The notes beneath the pieces were generated by a model, which saw nothing but the letters and a program-made list of their open reading frames with translations, did no database searches and had not been told where the DNA came from. 64,000 nucleotides of DNA from positions 68,249 to 132,248 of the forward strand of contig CAVQJT010000010.1 in NCBI GenBank assembly GCA_963712885.1. Reading direction: 5' to 3'. Source of the stretch: Calditrichia bacterium (GTDB lineage: Bacteria > Calditrichota > Calditrichia > JAJRVZ01). Below are positions 44,038-55,790 of the stretch, piece by piece. The translations under genes and the position numbers were made by a program. The first letter of the stretch is position 1. Each line of letters opens with the position of its first letter.

Positions 44038-45490
44038 TTATTTTACAAACATCATCTTTTTGACCAGCGTATTGCCGGCAGTTTGAAGCCGATAAAAATA
44101 TACACCCGTAGCCGCATTTGTGGGCTGCCAGTTGACCGCGTGGGTACCGGCATTTCTGAAACCGTTGGCCAGCTGCGCAACACGGGATCCGGTAATATCA
44201 TAAATTTCCAGGATCACATCTCCCGGTTCAGCCAAGGAGAACGCTATCGTTGTTGAAGGATTGAATGGGTTCGGATAGTTCTGGTACAAGACTAAATTCA
44301 TTTGGAGTCAGGTTATCGGTATCAGATCCAATGCTGACCATTGGATCCACCCAGCGCAGATCTCCCAGAGGCCCACCGTCATGCCCTTTTCCGTAAGCCG
44401 GGGATCCTGGAGTCAGTGTATAATCCATATTGACGGCATCGGCATAAAGCGGATCGAATCCATAAATCGTGGTTGTATCGACTGTCCCTCCTTTTACACA
44501 ACTGATACGGCCTGATTCCGGAGAAGGTACTCCAAAAATCATATTTATGGTATCTACGTGACTTATGAATGAACCAACACCCTGCAATTGAACAACATAA
44601 TCCGCCCGCTCGGCACGGGTGAGTTTGGGCAGGCGGCTGTTGGTGACAAGAACATCCCTGAAGATTGCTCCGGCATTATTCTTAATATAAGCCATACGGG
44701 TTCCGGAATTATTTACCGTGAGATTCTCGATCAATACATAAGCGTCTTCCGTTTCGGTATTCGTATCGGCATAAAACCGGATACATTCGGAAGAGATATT
44801 TGTGAACGTACAATTACGAACAATCAAACTATCCACGACCCTTTCGACGGCATACTTTTCTGTTTCACTCATACGTATCGCTTCATCACCTATGTCATAA
44901 AAAGTGCAATTTTCCATGCGAACAGTACCCGCTTTTAATATGGGTTCGCCGGATCCGGGGGCAAGAAAATACAGGGCATGGCCTTCGGCCTCTCCTTCCT
45001 TATCACCGTTATCATAAAAATTGCGGAATACACAATTCTTGACAATGATATTCAAACCTTCCTTCGCGTAGACCCGCGGTACCTGAGAATCAGGTCCATG
45101 ACCTAAACGAATACCGTGTTTGAGGCCGCGTGTGGCTGCCGGGTGCATGCCATCGAAAATGATACCTTCAAAGGTCACATCATCATGACAGCGAAACATC
45201 TCAATAGTTCCGGAATCGGCATCACTATGTGTAAGGATTGGCATTTCGGCCAGCCCCGGCTTCGCCATGATAACGACCGGCTTTTTGATCTGAAAATAGA
45301 CCGTATCGGATGTTGTATAGACACCGCCTGAAGTGGAAAGCAATAAGGTATCGATATTGTTACTGGCTGCATAATCCAGGGCCAGTTTGAAGTCATATAT
45401 GTCCTCCACTTCAATTTTGCTGGCAAGGACCGTCTGTCCGATAAAAGCAAACATTAAGATAATCAGTAACGGTAACAAAATTCTCTGCAT
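44038..45490 (-). CDS. Beta-helix T9SS cargo protein, frameshifted just before the C-terminal domain near 44230-44300. Family unassigned.
   Basis: Signal peptide, NCTF/NCVF beta-helix repeats. C-terminal motif GFDPLYADAVNMDYTLTPGSPAYGKGHDGGPLGDLRW is shared with the giant protein at 60031..64000. Sorting domain is in ORF 44038..44301. Confidence 0.6.
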
Positions 45491-45613
45491 TTGTTCTCTC
45501 CTTTTATTGGTTCTGATGAATATTTGTTATTTGATTCAATTTCTCAGGCAAAAGGTTAAAGGCAAAAGGATAAAGCTGAATTACAGCATAACCCTACCTT
45601 TTACCTTTTGCCT

Positions 45614-47122
45614 TTAAAACGCATATGTAAACGCCACTGCAAAATTACTCAGACTCTCAGTCACATAGTTCGTGTTGGAATAATACGAGTCATAATACTT
45701 CAACTTCTGGTATTCATACCCCAGATCAAGCCGGCCGAACCCAAAAGCATCCAGGCTGGCTCCAAATGTGTAGCCAGTGGCTGAAGGTCCGGCATCGGTT
45801 ATAGCGGAACCGTCAGGTATAAAAGTTGCCGGGATATCCCGGTAACCTGCCATGAGCGTCAGAAAATCCAAGGCCTGGTATTCAGCTCCGAATCTCAATA
45901 TGTGCTGATCCGGCCACGTGCGCTCGGTGGGCGCATCCCGATCAAAGGAAAACTTGCTTTCGCTCAAGCCCGTATACTGATAATCAAAGGCGATCCTGAA
46001 CCGGTCAACGGGATTTACGATTATGCCCACGGTAAATGATAAGGGTACATCCATTTTGTCAATGCCACTGAGGTTATTTGTTGAAGTTTGCCCCAGTGTA
46101 TCAAGGTCAGTACGGGTGTAAGCCCACTCTCTTTCCAGGATATACGGTAATATAAGGTTTACGCCAAGAGAAATACGTGATATTTGTCCCTGAATCCCTA
46201 GATTGAAATTTGTAGCGCTGAATTTGGAGGTACCACCGATAAAGATGTTGACCGTATCATAGCTAAAGCGGAACCGGTTGTCTTTGGCGATATCGAAATT
46301 ACCTACCCGTACGAGGGATTGGTAGTCATCGGTCTCTCCGGATATGAAATTCACGCCAACACCTACGTTCAGATCTTCCGTTATATTATAGGCAAGCGCA
46401 CCGGCGATGCGGTCCGAGGAACCTTGCCGGTCGCGTTCAAAACGGGACCAGCGGAATGCGACCGTATCGGTTACGACCCGTGGCACCCATCCATATTCAT
46501 CAAATCCGATATGGGGATCCAGATAGGTATCATTACGATCATAATCGTACACCTTAAACCGGTTATATGCTGCAGATACAATAAACTTTTGTTCTGCCAG
46601 TTCAACCGGGACGGCGACAGCAATATTGTTCAGACCCAGTTTATCCAGGGTTTTTTGCCAATCGGCTGCTTCCTCCGTATAGGGCTCCAGACCCATTACA
46701 GGCTCCTGGACAATGTAACTCGAATCCTGGGCAAGTTCATAATCCCATACCCCGTTATTCGCCGGATCTGGTATATATAGCCCTTCGAGATAGAATGCCA
46801 GGGTCCAGTAGATCCGGTTTGGCCGGTAATTCTGATTTTCACGCCAGAGATGCGTGGAGGCATTTGCGGCTACGGAGATCTGAAATTTATCAATCGCTGC
46901 CAGTCCGGCCGGATTATAAAATATACTGGATACATCACCCGTATAAGCCGTAAAGGCGCCGCCCATGGCCATTGCTTTTACCCCGGGATCATTCTGGGTA
47001 AAAAATCCCTGAAAGGACAGATCATCCCCGCGATGCTGCGCCATCGCCAAAACCGGTATCAGAAGAAAAACAGCAACAGAGTGACAAAGTGACAAAGCGA
47101 CAAAGCGACTGAAATCTCTCAT
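45614..47122 (-). CDS. PorV/FadL-like outer-membrane beta-barrel (large paralog).
   Basis: Signal peptide. N-terminal motif AMAMGGAFTAYTGDVSSIFYNPAGLA typical of the PorV/UPF0164 family. C-terminal ...FTYAF. Confidence 0.6.
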   Translation of the reverse strand: MRDFSRFVALSLCHSVAVFLLIPVLAMAQHRGDDLSFQGFFTQNDPGVKAMAMGGAFTAYTGDVSSIFYNPAGLAAIDKFQISVAANASTHLWRENQNYRPNRIYWTLAFYLEGLYIPDPANNGVWDYELAQDSSYIVQEPVMGLEPYTEEAADWQKTLDKLGLNNIAVAVPVELAEQKFIVSAAYNRFKVYDYDRNDTYLDPHIGFDEYGWVPRVVTDTVAFRWSRFERDRQGSSDRIAGALAYNITEDLNVGVGVNFISGETDDYQSLVRVGNFDIAKDNRFRFSYDTVNIFIGGTSKFSATNFNLGIQGQISRISLGVNLILPYILEREWAYTRTDLDTLGQTSTNNLSGIDKMDVPLSFTVGIIVNPVDRFRIAFDYQYTGLSESKFSFDRDAPTERTWPDQHILRFGAEYQALDFLTLMAGYRDIPATFIPDGSAITDAGPSATGYTFGASLDAFGFGRLDLGYEYQKLKYYDSYYSNTNYVTESLSNFAVAFTYAF

Positions 47123-47188
47123 TTCTAATCCCTAATTACTAATTACTAATTAATTTTCTGCACAGGGCAAGATCACCCGCTCTGGTAT

Positions 47189-48238
47189 TTAATCAATCGC
47201 GAAACCGATCGAAAACCGGTGCACCGGATCCAGAAAATCCCCATAATCACTATAGGCGTAATCGACCCGGTACTGATCATAGGCCAGGCCGAAACCGGCG
47301 GAAAAACTTTCCGAATCATAATTGATCTTATATCCGCCGCGCAGGAATAGGATGTTCTGGAATCCATATTCCAGACCGATATTATACTGCTGATCGAAAT
47401 CCCGGGGTTGTACCATATCAAAAGCCACCAGTAATGTCTGATTCTGTGAGTCAAAAATCATGCTTTCGCTGGATCCGATCAGATACGTCGAAATGCCGAT
47501 ATTAAAGGTCTGAGGAAGCGGATATCCTTTTCCACTGTACTTCTGATAATAGGTTACATTGTTAACGGGGTCGTATCTTGCCAGATCAACCTCATCATAA
47601 AATTTTACTTCCGGACCGAAATGACGGATGACAGCTGAGATTCTCAGCGACCGGAATCCCGTATCATACAGCAATCCGCCATCGAAAGCGACATTTCCGG
47701 TGCTTCTCACACCCAGATCTTCATGGGCATATTTTACAGTCAGACCAAAACTGAATTTTTCGGTCAAGCCGCGGGCATAAGTCAAGCCAATCACCGTGGC
47801 GCGCGGTTCGATCACCTCGCCGGTATATCCGAGATAAGTGTCGCCGACGAAACCCAGGGCATCCACCGTTGTCACTTTTATCTCCCCGGCATCGGTCCGC
47901 AAGCCCTGCAATCCAAAAGTACCGATACCCGGCACCGTATAGGCCGCTGAGATGGCAGTGTGGTAAATATCCAGGAACCAATCAAGATAAGCGGCTGAAA
48001 AATCCATATTTTTTACACCTACAATAGCAGCCGGATTGTAAAATAATCCTTCAGAATTATTGGCAACTGCGGTAAACGCCTCTCCCATCCCGGCTGCGCG
48101 CGCATTTGTGGTCACCTTCAGAAACTGAAATGAGGTGGTACCTACTTTTTCGAATCCCCATACCTGAATGGAGCCAATCAGTATTAAAACAATAATGGGT
48201 ATGCTGTATCTTTTTCTAAGTGACATGTTTTTCCTCAC
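47189..48238 (-). CDS. porV: PorV-family outer-membrane beta-barrel (T9SS shuttle-protein family).
   Basis: ARAAGMGEAFTAVANNSEGLFYNPAAI matches the PorV/LptO N-terminal signature. About 350 aa. C-terminal aromatic residue. Confidence 0.6.
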   Translation of the reverse strand: MRKNMSLRKRYSIPIIVLILIGSIQVWGFEKVGTTSFQFLKVTTNARAAGMGEAFTAVANNSEGLFYNPAAIVGVKNMDFSAAYLDWFLDIYHTAISAAYTVPGIGTFGLQGLRTDAGEIKVTTVDALGFVGDTYLGYTGEVIEPRATVIGLTYARGLTEKFSFGLTVKYAHEDLGVRSTGNVAFDGGLLYDTGFRSLRISAVIRHFGPEVKFYDEVDLARYDPVNNVTYYQKYSGKGYPLPQTFNIGISTYLIGSSESMIFDSQNQTLLVAFDMVQPRDFDQQYNIGLEYGFQNILFLRGGYKINYDSESFSAGFGLAYDQYRVDYAYSDYGDFLDPVHRFSIGFAID

Positions 48239-48245
48239 TACCCGA

Positions 48246-50492
48246 TTATTTAATTACGATGAATTTTCCGCTGGTTTGGTCCCCTTCCGGAGTAGTAACA
48301 ACATAAAGATACAGCCCGGAAGCGATTTCCTGATCATTACGGGTTACCTGAAACCATTCTGTTGTATAAACCGGATCATTATGTTCGATGGTTTCCACCA
48401 GTTGCCCGGAATAAGTAAATATCCTGATGGTAGCCCTTTTGGGTAAACCATAAAATCCGATTTTATCGGCTGCACCGGCGGCACCACCAAATCCTGATTC
48501 GATTACAAACGGATTTGGTACAACAAAAACCTCCCCCAGCTGCTCAACGGCACCGACATTTTTCGCATGTGTGGTAATATTGGTCCTGCCACTCTGAATC
48601 CAATTCTCATCAACGGATGTTACCGAATAGTAGCGTGTTTCGCCGATCTTGAATACCGGATCATCATCAAAATATTCATAAATACCGTCTGTGTTGACAT
48701 CACCTACTTCAAGTGAATCTAATAGCTGCCATGGACCCATTCCCGCATCGCTGCGATAAATATAGAATTTACGAAGCTCCCCGGTCAGACGTGGATGGGT
48801 AAAACTTTCTACCTCACGATTCCAGGTCAGCCGGATCCGCCCATCGGCGGTATTAATCACCTCTATGACCGGTGCCGGAACCGGTGCCGGGAGCTTATAA
48901 TCACCATTGCTGGGATGATCTTCCGGCCATACCGGCGCAACCGGCTCATATCCCAGGTATGCTTCAAATGCTTTTTGTGTAACCTGGGTAACGGTCCTGA
49001 CCTCAGAATTGACATAATCGGGATAACCAAAATCATCGAGATATTTGTTGGTCAGGATCGTACCGTCCTTTGCCTTCACCTGCCGGTTCCAGCTGGGGGT
49101 GTTTGACCACTGGGTAAGCGTTTGACCGCCCTCCAAGCGTTTTCCTGCCTGGGCACCATACCCGACCACCTCCGCCAACGCATATTTCAGCCGGTCTCCC
49201 GGATTCAAGGTATAAGGACCAAATACAATGTGTTTTTGTCCGGCGTCAACACTTTGACGATAGTTATAGGCCGCTCTCCCGATCCAGGTTTCTGTTGGAT
49301 GGCTGGGGGGTTCAGGCCATGTTGTACTGCCGTCGCTGTAAACCCCGCTCCAGCGTTTGTTCGGATTGATGCTTTCTACTTTCATCTTACTGCTGCGCGT
49401 ATTACCGGTACTGACCTTATTTGACCAGGGCTGTTTTATGTGATTATTTTCATCCAGTTCATAGTATTCTCCAAAACTGGTTCGGAGAACATCGCTCACT
49501 TCTGACTCATTTTGCGGACTGTCGATCGTATCAACAAAAGCCAGATGATTGACGTCATAATATAGCACGGCAAATCCCGGTGCTTGCGGTGAGCATAATC
49601 CCCCGCCATTTTTACCGGTGTTGGCGAATTCCTGAAATAACTCCTTGTTCGGCTCAGGTTTTGCCCACAAGGATTCGTCGGTAATATTTGTCCGGAGATT
49701 CATATTAAAGGACAACCAGTAGTCAGCATCCCAGAAATTGTTCTGATCCCCACGATAGATACCGCTCTCGTATTTCCATTCCTGGTAGTGACGCTGATAG
49801 CCATACATGGAAGGAGCAAAACCGTAGATAAACAGCACCATAAAATCCTTTAGTGTACCCGTTTGTTCAATGGTTGCCGCATTTCCGTCCGTATCACCGG
49901 TGTATTCCAGCTCATACTCGTAGATGATCATGTCATCATAATCGGGATGGCTCCATGCCCGTGATACCCGGGTGACCTTGATGCCCAGGGGCGTTGTCCA
50001 GGAAGCGGTGATAATTTCTTCCGCCTCATCGGGATCATAATCGGGATTCAGGGTACCGTCAGGCAGCAATGGAAAATTTTCAACTTCTTCGATGAAATAC
50101 GGGAAGCTCCAACGACCGATAATGACCTCAGATCCGCCGCCCTCTCCGACACCACCGCACAGGGCATAAATGCGTTTTTCCATCCCCGGCTGGCCGTCCG
50201 GATTGGCAGCCATATACAGCCCGCCACCGAGTAAATTATGCTGCCCGCTGTAAACGGTTCCCTGCACAATGGTTTTTGACCGGGAAGGCCACTCCATTAA
50301 GGGCAAATTGGTCTTATTACCTTCATCCCCGGTTGTCCAGGGTCGGCCAATGTCACCTGAATTAAAGACCGTTTCATGCAGCATACCACGATCATGCACC
50401 CTGAATTCAAGCAGCTGAGGTGTGACCACAGAGGTTAAAACTAAGACCAGTACGAGAACGGATGAAATTTTTATATGTTCTGAGACAATCAT
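48246..50492 (-). CDS. Secreted 748-aa protein of unknown function with an FN3-like domain and a T9SS C-terminal domain.
   Basis: Signal/TM at N-terminus. FN3-like block (RIRLTWNREV...FYIYRS...YYSVTSVD). C-terminus is VFVVPNPFVIE...ATIRIFTYSGQLV...GLYLYVVTT. No recognisable catalytic motif. Confidence 0.55.
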   Translation of the reverse strand: MIVSEHIKISSVLVLVLVLTSVVTPQLLEFRVHDRGMLHETVFNSGDIGRPWTTGDEGNKTNLPLMEWPSRSKTIVQGTVYSGQHNLLGGGLYMAANPDGQPGMEKRIYALCGGVGEGGGSEVIIGRWSFPYFIEEVENFPLLPDGTLNPDYDPDEAEEIITASWTTPLGIKVTRVSRAWSHPDYDDMIIYEYELEYTGDTDGNAATIEQTGTLKDFMVLFIYGFAPSMYGYQRHYQEWKYESGIYRGDQNNFWDADYWLSFNMNLRTNITDESLWAKPEPNKELFQEFANTGKNGGGLCSPQAPGFAVLYYDVNHLAFVDTIDSPQNESEVSDVLRTSFGEYYELDENNHIKQPWSNKVSTGNTRSSKMKVESINPNKRWSGVYSDGSTTWPEPPSHPTETWIGRAAYNYRQSVDAGQKHIVFGPYTLNPGDRLKYALAEVVGYGAQAGKRLEGGQTLTQWSNTPSWNRQVKAKDGTILTNKYLDDFGYPDYVNSEVRTVTQVTQKAFEAYLGYEPVAPVWPEDHPSNGDYKLPAPVPAPVIEVINTADGRIRLTWNREVESFTHPRLTGELRKFYIYRSDAGMGPWQLLDSLEVGDVNTDGIYEYFDDDPVFKIGETRYYSVTSVDENWIQSGRTNITTHAKNVGAVEQLGEVFVVPNPFVIESGFGGAAGAADKIGFYGLPKRATIRIFTYSGQLVETIEHNDPVYTTEWFQVTRNDQEIASGLYLYVVTTPEGDQTSGKFIVIK

Positions 50493-50525
50493 AGAAACCT
50501 CATACCTAATTGGTTAATCCTTCAA

Positions 50526-53368
50526 CTAAAATTTAAAAATCACACCTATACGATAATGGCGCGGTTCATTGGCCAGGAGATAAATATCCTGACGTGTCAC
50601 ATAGGGGGCATAAAAATCTTCGATCAGGATATCCTCCTGATTTTCCAGCGTTGACCAGCGTACAACGTTGCGGTCGTTGTTAAATGTGCGCGAGTAACTA
50701 TAAGTAAACTCATTAAGCAGATTGAATCCTTCAAAGTAAAGGGTCATGTTTGTTTTGGCGATATCGAATCCTTTTTCGATACGCAAGCGTAATTCGTTCT
50801 CGCGCGGCGTGCGCTGATTGAACTTGAGTCCCTGTCCCGATTCATCCCAGGTGTATGGCCGACCGGTGGCATAGCGATAGGTCAGGCTGACAGAAATATT
50901 TTGAAAGATATCTGAACCGCGCGGGGTAAGGTAACGCATATTAAACACGGCTTTGTGTGTACGATCGTAATCGAGGTAGACATCTTCAGGAAATCGTCCG
51001 CTTAATCCCTCATCATCAGCATTTCCGGATTCGGTATAAATCGGAGCAACATCAAGGTTATCGGCATTGGCACTCTTACCAGTGGCGGCCTCATAATTAT
51101 AGCGGATATACCCTCTGATCGTACCGATATTTCGCTCCAGACTGACGTGAAAACCTTTGATATCGGCATAATCGAGATTAACATATGTCGCATAGGTTGT
51201 TCCGCTGGTGTTTTGATAATAGGCGGATTGAATGAGATCTTTCACATCCTTGTAGTATGCGCTGACATCCAGCTGTAAACCGGTCGTCACCTTATGTACG
51301 ATCCCAATATCATATGCCTTTGTATTCTCCGGCTTAAGTTCAGGATTGCCCAATGTCAGAATGCTGACTGCCCCTTCATCCACATTGATCTGATTATAAT
51401 AGAGCTGATTAAAATTGGGCCTCTGGGTAAATGTGCCATAGTTGAGATGGAATACAGTCAGTTCTGATACAGGGAAAGGAGAATCCGATGCGGGGCTGGA
51501 TGCGGGTATAGAATTTGGTATCGGAAACCGCATTCGGATCAAGCAGAGGATTAAACTTATTAATATAGTAGGTCGTATTTCAGTCTGATAAAAGTCGAAC
51601 CGCATCCCGATATTGGCGATCATGCCCTCATATTCCATTTTATCCTGCAGATACACCGCGCCCTCAAAGGGATTTGCGCTAAATATCAGATCCTGGATAC
51701 TACTGGGCCCTGTGACATTATTCTGATATTTTACATCGAGTCGATAAAAATAAAATTGCAGGCCCGCTTTCAGCAGATTAAACCGGTCGATCTGGCTGGT
51801 TAAGCTGCCGGATGTATAATAAGTTATGGTTTTTCGGTTACCGCGATCATCACTCAGGCGACCTACCCGGTGATTGGAGGGGCCTGTATAGTCCACCCAG
51901 TTGCTACCGTTGCTGTAATCTTCCAGCACCTGATCATCTTTGAGCAGATCAATCCGGTCCTCTTCTTTGGTATTCAGAATACTCAGCGTAAAATCTGCAT
52001 AAGTGGATGGCGTAAAAACATATTTATATTCCAGACTGCCCTGCCATGTACGGTTGGTTCGTTTGATTACACTGAAGGTACGATCGAAAAGCCAGCGCCA
52101 CCAATTGCTGTCAAGGACATTCTCAAAATTGTAATCATAAACAAAAGATAGTTTAAACTTTTGATTTGGTGTGGGATTGAATGTAAGGTTACTCATGAGC
52201 TGCCGCTGCAAATCCGGCTGGGCCATTGGAACTTCGGGATACACAACATTCTGGCGTACTGCCATAAAAATATTTGTATTTTTAGCAATTGGCCCACCGG
52301 TGGTGAAATCGACCCGATAATCCATTGTATTGTCGTACTCCATGCCCAGTTCACGAACCGATTGCATCCATAATAACCGTCCCAGATTGGCAATTTTTAA
52401 CGAATCCTCGCGGGTTAACGGATTAGGTGGCCAAACATCGCGCGGCGGGAGGTACTTTGTGACACCATAACCTCGATCCCATAATGGTTTACCGGGATCA
52501 AGCGGATTTTCTTCCAGCCATTCCTCCGGGTTCATCAAAGAACCGGCAAAAATCAGATTGGCAGGATCATAGGGACTGCCATCTGTTCCATCAGCCCAAC
52601 TTTTGTAATAAGGAAGTGTACCGGATATTTCAGCACGGGTCTGCCAGACAGATGTCCCTTCCTTTGTAACCATATTGACCACACCGGACTGGGCATTACC
52701 ATATTCCGCACTGAATCCCGACGTGTATACTTCAACCTGCTCGAGTCCCGTTACAATCGGATTAAATGCGCGTCTGTTGTCAAGGGGATTGGTGATGGCC
52801 GTACCGGCCATTAAATAAGAGGACTCCCCGACACGACCTCCGCGGAAATGGTCGTCGACCACATCTGCCTGCAATTCAAGAATATCCGTAAGATCCGCCA
52901 CACCTGCAATGCTCTGAACTTCCGATATATTATACACCTGTTTGGTGGCCGTAAGATCTTTCTCAACAGTGGTTTCGGTATAGGCGGTTACAACAATTTC
53001 CTCGGTTTCCAGCAATTGCTCATTCATTTCATAATTGATTTCTGTGGTCTTATCAACAAACACCTTTACCTCGGTTTTCATCATTTCGGTGTAACCGATA
53101 TACGACTCGCTTTAACCGTATAGGACCCTGGTCGCAGATTTAGAATAAAATATGCCCCATCCAGATCGGTGGATGCACCCGCCGGGATATCCAATGGTAT
53201 CTCACGGTAATTTTCCCACCGGGAGATGACGATCACGTTCGCCCCCGCAAGCGGTTCACCCGTTCGCTGATCGATTACCACCCCGGCAATTTTACCTGTG
53301 TTACCGGCATGCAGAGTGGAAAGAAATAAAAACAGGGAGATCAAAATAAAAATTGAAATCGCTTTCAT
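50526..53368 (-). CDS. TonB-dependent outer-membrane receptor with an N-terminal carboxypeptidase-regulatory-like domain. Frameshifted near 53085, and possibly again around 51480-51600.
   Basis: N-terminal ORF 53081..53368 (GKIAGVVIDQRTGEPLAGANV...SYTVKA). Plug domain and 22-strand barrel in the 852-aa ORF. Terminal aromatic ...GVIFKF. Confidence 0.7.
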
Positions 53369-53510
53369 AGTGGCAAAGCTCCTTTAGATAAGCGATGGAA
53401 TTTTTAGGAAAGGCACATCAAAAACGTCAACCTAATTTGTATCATGTATTACAAATTAAAATAATCATTAAATACTTTTCTGTCAAGCATTTTATTTGTC
53501 ATAATGGCTG

Positions 53511-55790
53511 TCAATGTTTAATCAAATATAGGTTGCCGGGCCGGACTTCAAGCGTCGGGAACCATTGGTCCAATCCGAGATCTGCGGATTTTATTGGTGG
53601 TTCTGAACTTAACTTCTGTAATGATCTTCCCAGATACTGAATTATATCACCGGAAACAGCGAAATTTGTGGGTTTCTCAAAACTGAAATGTGCCCCTTCA
53701 CGATGATATTCTTTTGTGTTCAGGAAAATACTGCCCCAGGCATCATGTCTGGCGACCCAGCCTTGACCTTCTTTTTGCCGGTCCGAGATTGGTGTAATTC
53801 GCCAATCACCAATTTGAACTTTACCATCACCACTCTGAACAACAGATTTTCTTTCTGAATTCTTATAAGGCACAATTAACGTGAGAAATGAAAAATTATC
53901 CTGCTCGCAACACTCAATGATTGTGCTGGATTTTTCCCGAAATCGCAATTCACGACGGGACAAATCCGAATCTCCAAGTTGAATGAGTTTTACACCACTC
54001 CCATCCTCATATTGCTTATCCCAGATATTCTCTGCGTGATCGTCAAAATTACCCTGCCAGACCTGCTGATAAGTATGGCGCAGACCCGATTCAAAATGAT
54101 CGACCAGGATCCAGAATCCCTCATGAAAATAAATGATCTCCCGGTAGTAAGTCACATCGAGCGAATCAAAACCGTTATGGGTGCCGATAAAATGCTCAAA
54201 CCGTTCCATTTTGGACCATGAAATGACTTTTGGTTGCGGAAGAGATTTCCATTTACCAAAACCAGATTTTCCTTCATTCTGTTGCCAGCCCTGCCCCTGG
54301 ACGTGATTATCCACAAGAGCAACATTTTTCACCCAGGAATTTTTGAAAAAGGCATAATCTTCCGCATTGTATTTTACCTGGTAATTCGGAAGTATTTCAT
54401 GACCGTTGGCATAGCCGACGATGCCGAGCATATCACCATGCTGATGATCCGGTTTTTTTTCAGATAAACCTGCGGTTACGGTCAGATAAACCGCGTCGTC
54501 ACCCCAGCCGTTTCGCATGATATAATAGCCGGTTTCGGGTAGCTCACAAGAGAGCATTTCAGGTTTAGATGGTTTAAGATCCTGTGTCGCACCTAATTGC
54601 ACCGAACGCAATAACCAATATACCTCAGCGTTAATCCGATCACCTGAGAAGTATTTAAATACCGGATCGTTAAAAACAATCGTACCAAGGATCATGACCT
54701 CATCCATGGCATTATTCTCCGCGAATGGTTTATCGGTATCATCCTGCAGCACCGGAAGACGGCGGTTTGGTTGGGCTAATTTAACCAAAGATTCAAAGAG
54801 TTTACGAAATTGCTGTTCATATATTTCAGGCAGCGGGATATTATTGATCCGGGCCAGCTGAAAAACACGAAAATAATTGTCCACATCACCTTTATGGTAG
54901 TGGACCGATCGTTCAAATTGAAAACCATCGGGATTGACCTCATTGGTCAGATGCCAGACCAGGCCGTTGATGGCATGCCTGAGCCAGATATCTGTTCCCG
55001 AAAACTCCGGAAAAAGGACAGCAATTTCAAACAGTGCCACCAGACCGCGGGTATGATGATTGCCATAACGCATTTTTTTTGAGCGTTTATACAACTGGGC
55101 CCCATGATGCAAAAACGTACGTATCAGAAGACGTTGTTCTTCCGGATTATAGGCTGGTGAAGCCAGAAAGGCATGATGACAAAACAACCAGTTTTGTATC
55201 CGTCTCCCACCCCTGTAGACCTCATAGATACCGTTACCGGCATCGTCATAGGCATCTTCTGCAAAGGCGCGGTTCAAATCTGCGACCTGTTTTACAAAAT
55301 AATCCAGATAAACCCGTTTTTCATTTTCATAGTAATATGTGAGCGCCATATCGAATGATTTCTGCTGGCGGGCAAGATGGCGTAATTCATATGCCGTAAC
55401 CTCATCGCCGCGCAGATTTTTGAAAGGAAGTATCCATTTGGTCTCCGGCGCAAAGCGATCCATCTGATCCCGGGCAAGTTTAAGATGATCTTCCTGCTTG
55501 TCTGGATATTCATGAAGATATTGGGAAAAACGCTCCCGAAAGAAGTGCCAGTCAAAATAATACCTGTCCGAAGATTTTTCCTTCAAAAAGCTGGTCAGTT
55601 TATCCAGCGCCTCTTTTGTTTGTCCGGCATCCCTCAGGTCATATACTTCTTGAAGAGCGGCAATCGAATCTTTTAAGGCATATATCAATTCCATTTCATC
55701 GGGCACTCTGTCCAATTTGATATGGTCACCGGACCATAGGGTTGCGGTCAATAATAGAATTATGATTATAAAATATATCTTCATTATCAT
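53511..55790 (-). CDS. Heparinase II/III-like polysaccharide lyase (PL12/PL15/PL17-type toroid plus beta-sandwich).
   Basis: 759 aa, signal peptide. DHQHGDMLGIVGYANG resembles the conserved His/Asp region of heparinase II/III-like domains. Length and alpha-then-beta organisation fit. Confidence 0.55.
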   Translation of the reverse strand: MIMKIYFIIIILLLTATLWSGDHIKLDRVPDEMELIYALKDSIAALQEVYDLRDAGQTKEALDKLTSFLKEKSSDRYYFDWHFFRERFSQYLHEYPDKQEDHLKLARDQMDRFAPETKWILPFKNLRGDEVTAYELRHLARQQKSFDMALTYYYENEKRVYLDYFVKQVADLNRAFAEDAYDDAGNGIYEVYRGGRRIQNWLFCHHAFLASPAYNPEEQRLLIRTFLHHGAQLYKRSKKMRYGNHHTRGLVALFEIAVLFPEFSGTDIWLRHAINGLVWHLTNEVNPDGFQFERSVHYHKGDVDNYFRVFQLARINNIPLPEIYEQQFRKLFESLVKLAQPNRRLPVLQDDTDKPFAENNAMDEVMILGTIVFNDPVFKYFSGDRINAEVYWLLRSVQLGATQDLKPSKPEMLSCELPETGYYIMRNGWGDDAVYLTVTAGLSEKKPDHQHGDMLGIVGYANGHEILPNYQVKYNAEDYAFFKNSWVKNVALVDNHVQGQGWQQNEGKSGFGKWKSLPQPKVISWSKMERFEHFIGTHNGFDSLDVTYYREIIYFHEGFWILVDHFESGLRHTYQQVWQGNFDDHAENIWDKQYEDGSGVKLIQLGDSDLSRRELRFREKSSTIIECCEQDNFSFLTLIVPYKNSERKSVVQSGDGKVQIGDWRITPISDRQKEGQGWVARHDAWGSIFLNTKEYHREGAHFSFEKPTNFAVSGDIIQYLGRSLQKLSSEPPIKSADLGLDQWFPTLEVRPGNLYLIKH

